From Thermoplasmatota archaeon (lineage in GTDB: Archaea; Thermoplasmatota; E2; DHVEG-1), in contig JAVYLV010000003.1 in assembly GCA_038740425.1 (NCBI GenBank), positions 1 to 41,294 of the forward strand: 41,294 bases of DNA, read 5' to 3'. The position numbers and the translations under genes are program-made. This document shows positions 39,918 to 41,294 of the stretch, piece by piece. Numbering within the stretch: position 1 is the first letter of the stretch; each line of letters starts with the position of its first letter. The notes beneath the pieces were generated by a model that saw only the letters and a list, made by a program, of their open reading frames with translations, had not been told where the DNA came from and searched no databases.

Positions 39918-41294
39918 TTACTCCAATACTGGCACCTGGAAATAGTTACCCATAAATGTTGTTATCAAAGACCCAGTTATAGCTACCACCCATACTAACA
40001 ACACAAAAAAAAGCAGAGAGGTTATCTTATGACTACCACGTAAAGTCCGTATAGTAAAACCCATAAGGAAAGAGTGTATAACCATCACAATAAATACAAC
40101 AATAAAAGTAGTCTGAAAAACACTTGGCGGCAGAGGATTCAACACAGCTGCTTTTTGTATATTAGTCCCCTCAAATGGGTTACCAGCCATACCAGCCAGT
40201 ATAATATCATTAAGATGTTTAGCTATAACCAAGCATATATAAACACAGAATGTCAAACCAAAGGTTATACCACCAAAGAGCGAAGCAGAGGTTTTCACAA
40301 TAGCAAGCTTCTTCATACGTAGATTCCTAATTCTTCTAAGATTCTCAGTGATCATACGAGAAACATTCCTAGGATTAGCAGCAGCGTACGTAGCCTCTCT
40401 GAACATCTCAGAGGCACGCTGTATAATGTTACTACCAGTATCAGCACCGAACCATTCCCATGCAGCATCATCATTGATACGTGTCCTTAACCTCTTATAT
40501 AAATCCTTAAGATGTTTAGTAAGTATACCATAATCCTTCTCACTTAAATAATAAAGCGACTCTGTTATCTTACCACCACGCATAGATGAAATACTACCAA
40601 GAGCAGGTAAAAAAGCAAAGAAATTACGCTCTTTACGTTGGATGTTATCCTCCTCCTTAAACGCTCTATAACCAGGTATTATCAAAGGAGTTATAGCTAA
40701 AGCAAACAATATCTCAAAAGGTAACATACTAATAACAGGTAAACTAAGCATATACTTACCCACAAAGAGGAACACACCCACACCTATACAAGCTACAATA
40801 GATTTCTTAAACAAACCCTCTAATTTTTTCTCAGGCTCACCTTTCTCCCCACTAGTCCTCCATATCTCATCTGAAGGGATCATCGATTTAATAAGATACA
40901 ATAGCAACAATTCTGATATTATAAGTAAAAAGGATGAAATATAGAGAAACGTGTTAGTATCCTCCCCACCCATAAGTATAGGTATAACTATACCCAAAGC
41001 CATGATGAATATAATAGATATAAGCAGACTAACATAAACCTCATTCAGAATGGTAATATTCTCATTACTGGACTCATACATCGTCTCATACTCCTCCAAC
41101 ACAGCCCCCTGCTCATGCTCTATAAACTCCCTATGCTCCACACCACTCATCAAACTCTGAGAGAACCTATCAAGAAAATCTTTAAGCATCCTACTAGGAG
41201 TTCTTTTAGACACAAACTGGAAACTTTTAGCAAGAGGAGTACGCCACTCAGTTGATAATACACTAATCTTCTTCAACTCCTCACTTAAAGCACC
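39918..41294 (-). CDS. flaJ: Archaellum assembly membrane protein FlaJ/ArlJ (partial; N-terminus beyond the right edge)
   Basis: The frame stays open to the window edge (...GALSEELKKISVLSTEW). Cytoplasmic segments alternate with TM helices in two repeats, typical of the T2SS-F/TadC-like FlaJ family. The call is by architecture and resemblance. Confidence 0.65.
   Translation of the reverse strand, partial: GALSEELKKISVLSTEWRTPLAKSFQFVSKRTPSRMLKDFLDRFSQSLMSGVEHREFIEHEQGAVLEEYETMYESSNENITILNEVYVSLLISIIFIMALGIVIPILMGGEDTNTFLYISSFLLIISELLLLYLIKSMIPSDEIWRTSGEKGEPEKKLEGLFKKSIVACIGVGVFLFVGKYMLSLPVISMLPFEILFALAITPLIIPGYRAFKEEDNIQRKERNFFAFLPALGSISSMRGGKITESLYYLSEKDYGILTKHLKDLYKRLRTRINDDAAWEWFGADTGSNIIQRASEMFREATYAAANPRNVSRMITENLRRIRNLRMKKLAIVKTSASLFGGITFGLTFCVYICLVIAKHLNDIILAGMAGNPFEGTNIQKAAVLNPLPPSVFQTTFIVVFIVMVIHSFLMGFTIRTLRGSHKITSLLFFVLLVWVVAITGSLITTFMGNYFQVPVLE

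Overview
This is an AT-rich, gene-dense archaeal chromosomal segment with about 40 protein genes and one tRNA. Genes carry GGAGGTGA-type Shine-Dalgarno leaders, and TAA, TAG and TGA all act as stops. Archaeal identity rests on a UbiA-type DGGGP synthase, an archaellin plus FlaJ/ArlJ, an Ogg2-type glycosylase and split PycA/PycB. Gene order, left to right: gyrB-gyrA (minus), a 546-bp spacer, ogg plus a permease, a cupin, then pycB-pycA-birA (minus) and pepD. Next come an LsrF/FbaB-like aldolase with a Zn-ADH, a PRC-barrel/coiled-coil protein, and a lipid operon (UbiA prenyltransferase, polyprenol-kinase-like protein, divergent Tmk-like kinase). These are followed by a Nudix gene and purQ, an SNF transporter, a DUF1624-like membrane protein, a DHH phosphoesterase and hypC-hypD. 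A seven-gene oxidative-stress cluster follows: PerR/Fur, a flavin-reductase-rubredoxin fusion, an unlisted 52-aa Cys-rich ORF, Hsp20, ferritin, rubrerythrin and desulfoferrodoxin. The right end holds Lhr helicase with a metallophosphoesterase, a CDF transporter, a PC4-like protein, tRNA-Asp, an unknown ORF plus archaellin, a PfkA-family PFK with the PPi-type signature, DUF1805 plus threonine dehydratase, a secreted acidic protein and a partial flaJ. I found no CRISPR array, transposon, integrase, toxin-antitoxin pair or recognisable defence system. The points most worth a second look are these: (1) strand compositional asymmetry reverses block-wise several times, once inside an intact gene. 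(2) The archaellin gene encodes its signal-peptide cleavage motif upstream of its only ATG, with a strong SD but no canonical start codon. (3) A PRC-barrel/coiled-coil protein has CdvA-like architecture. (4) The prenyltransferase/prenol-kinase/P-loop-kinase operon could be a polyprenol salvage route. (5) The oxidative-stress cluster contains a small Cys-rich ORF and an internal SD+ATG at the rubredoxin domain boundary. All family calls come from motif recognition by eye, not database searches.
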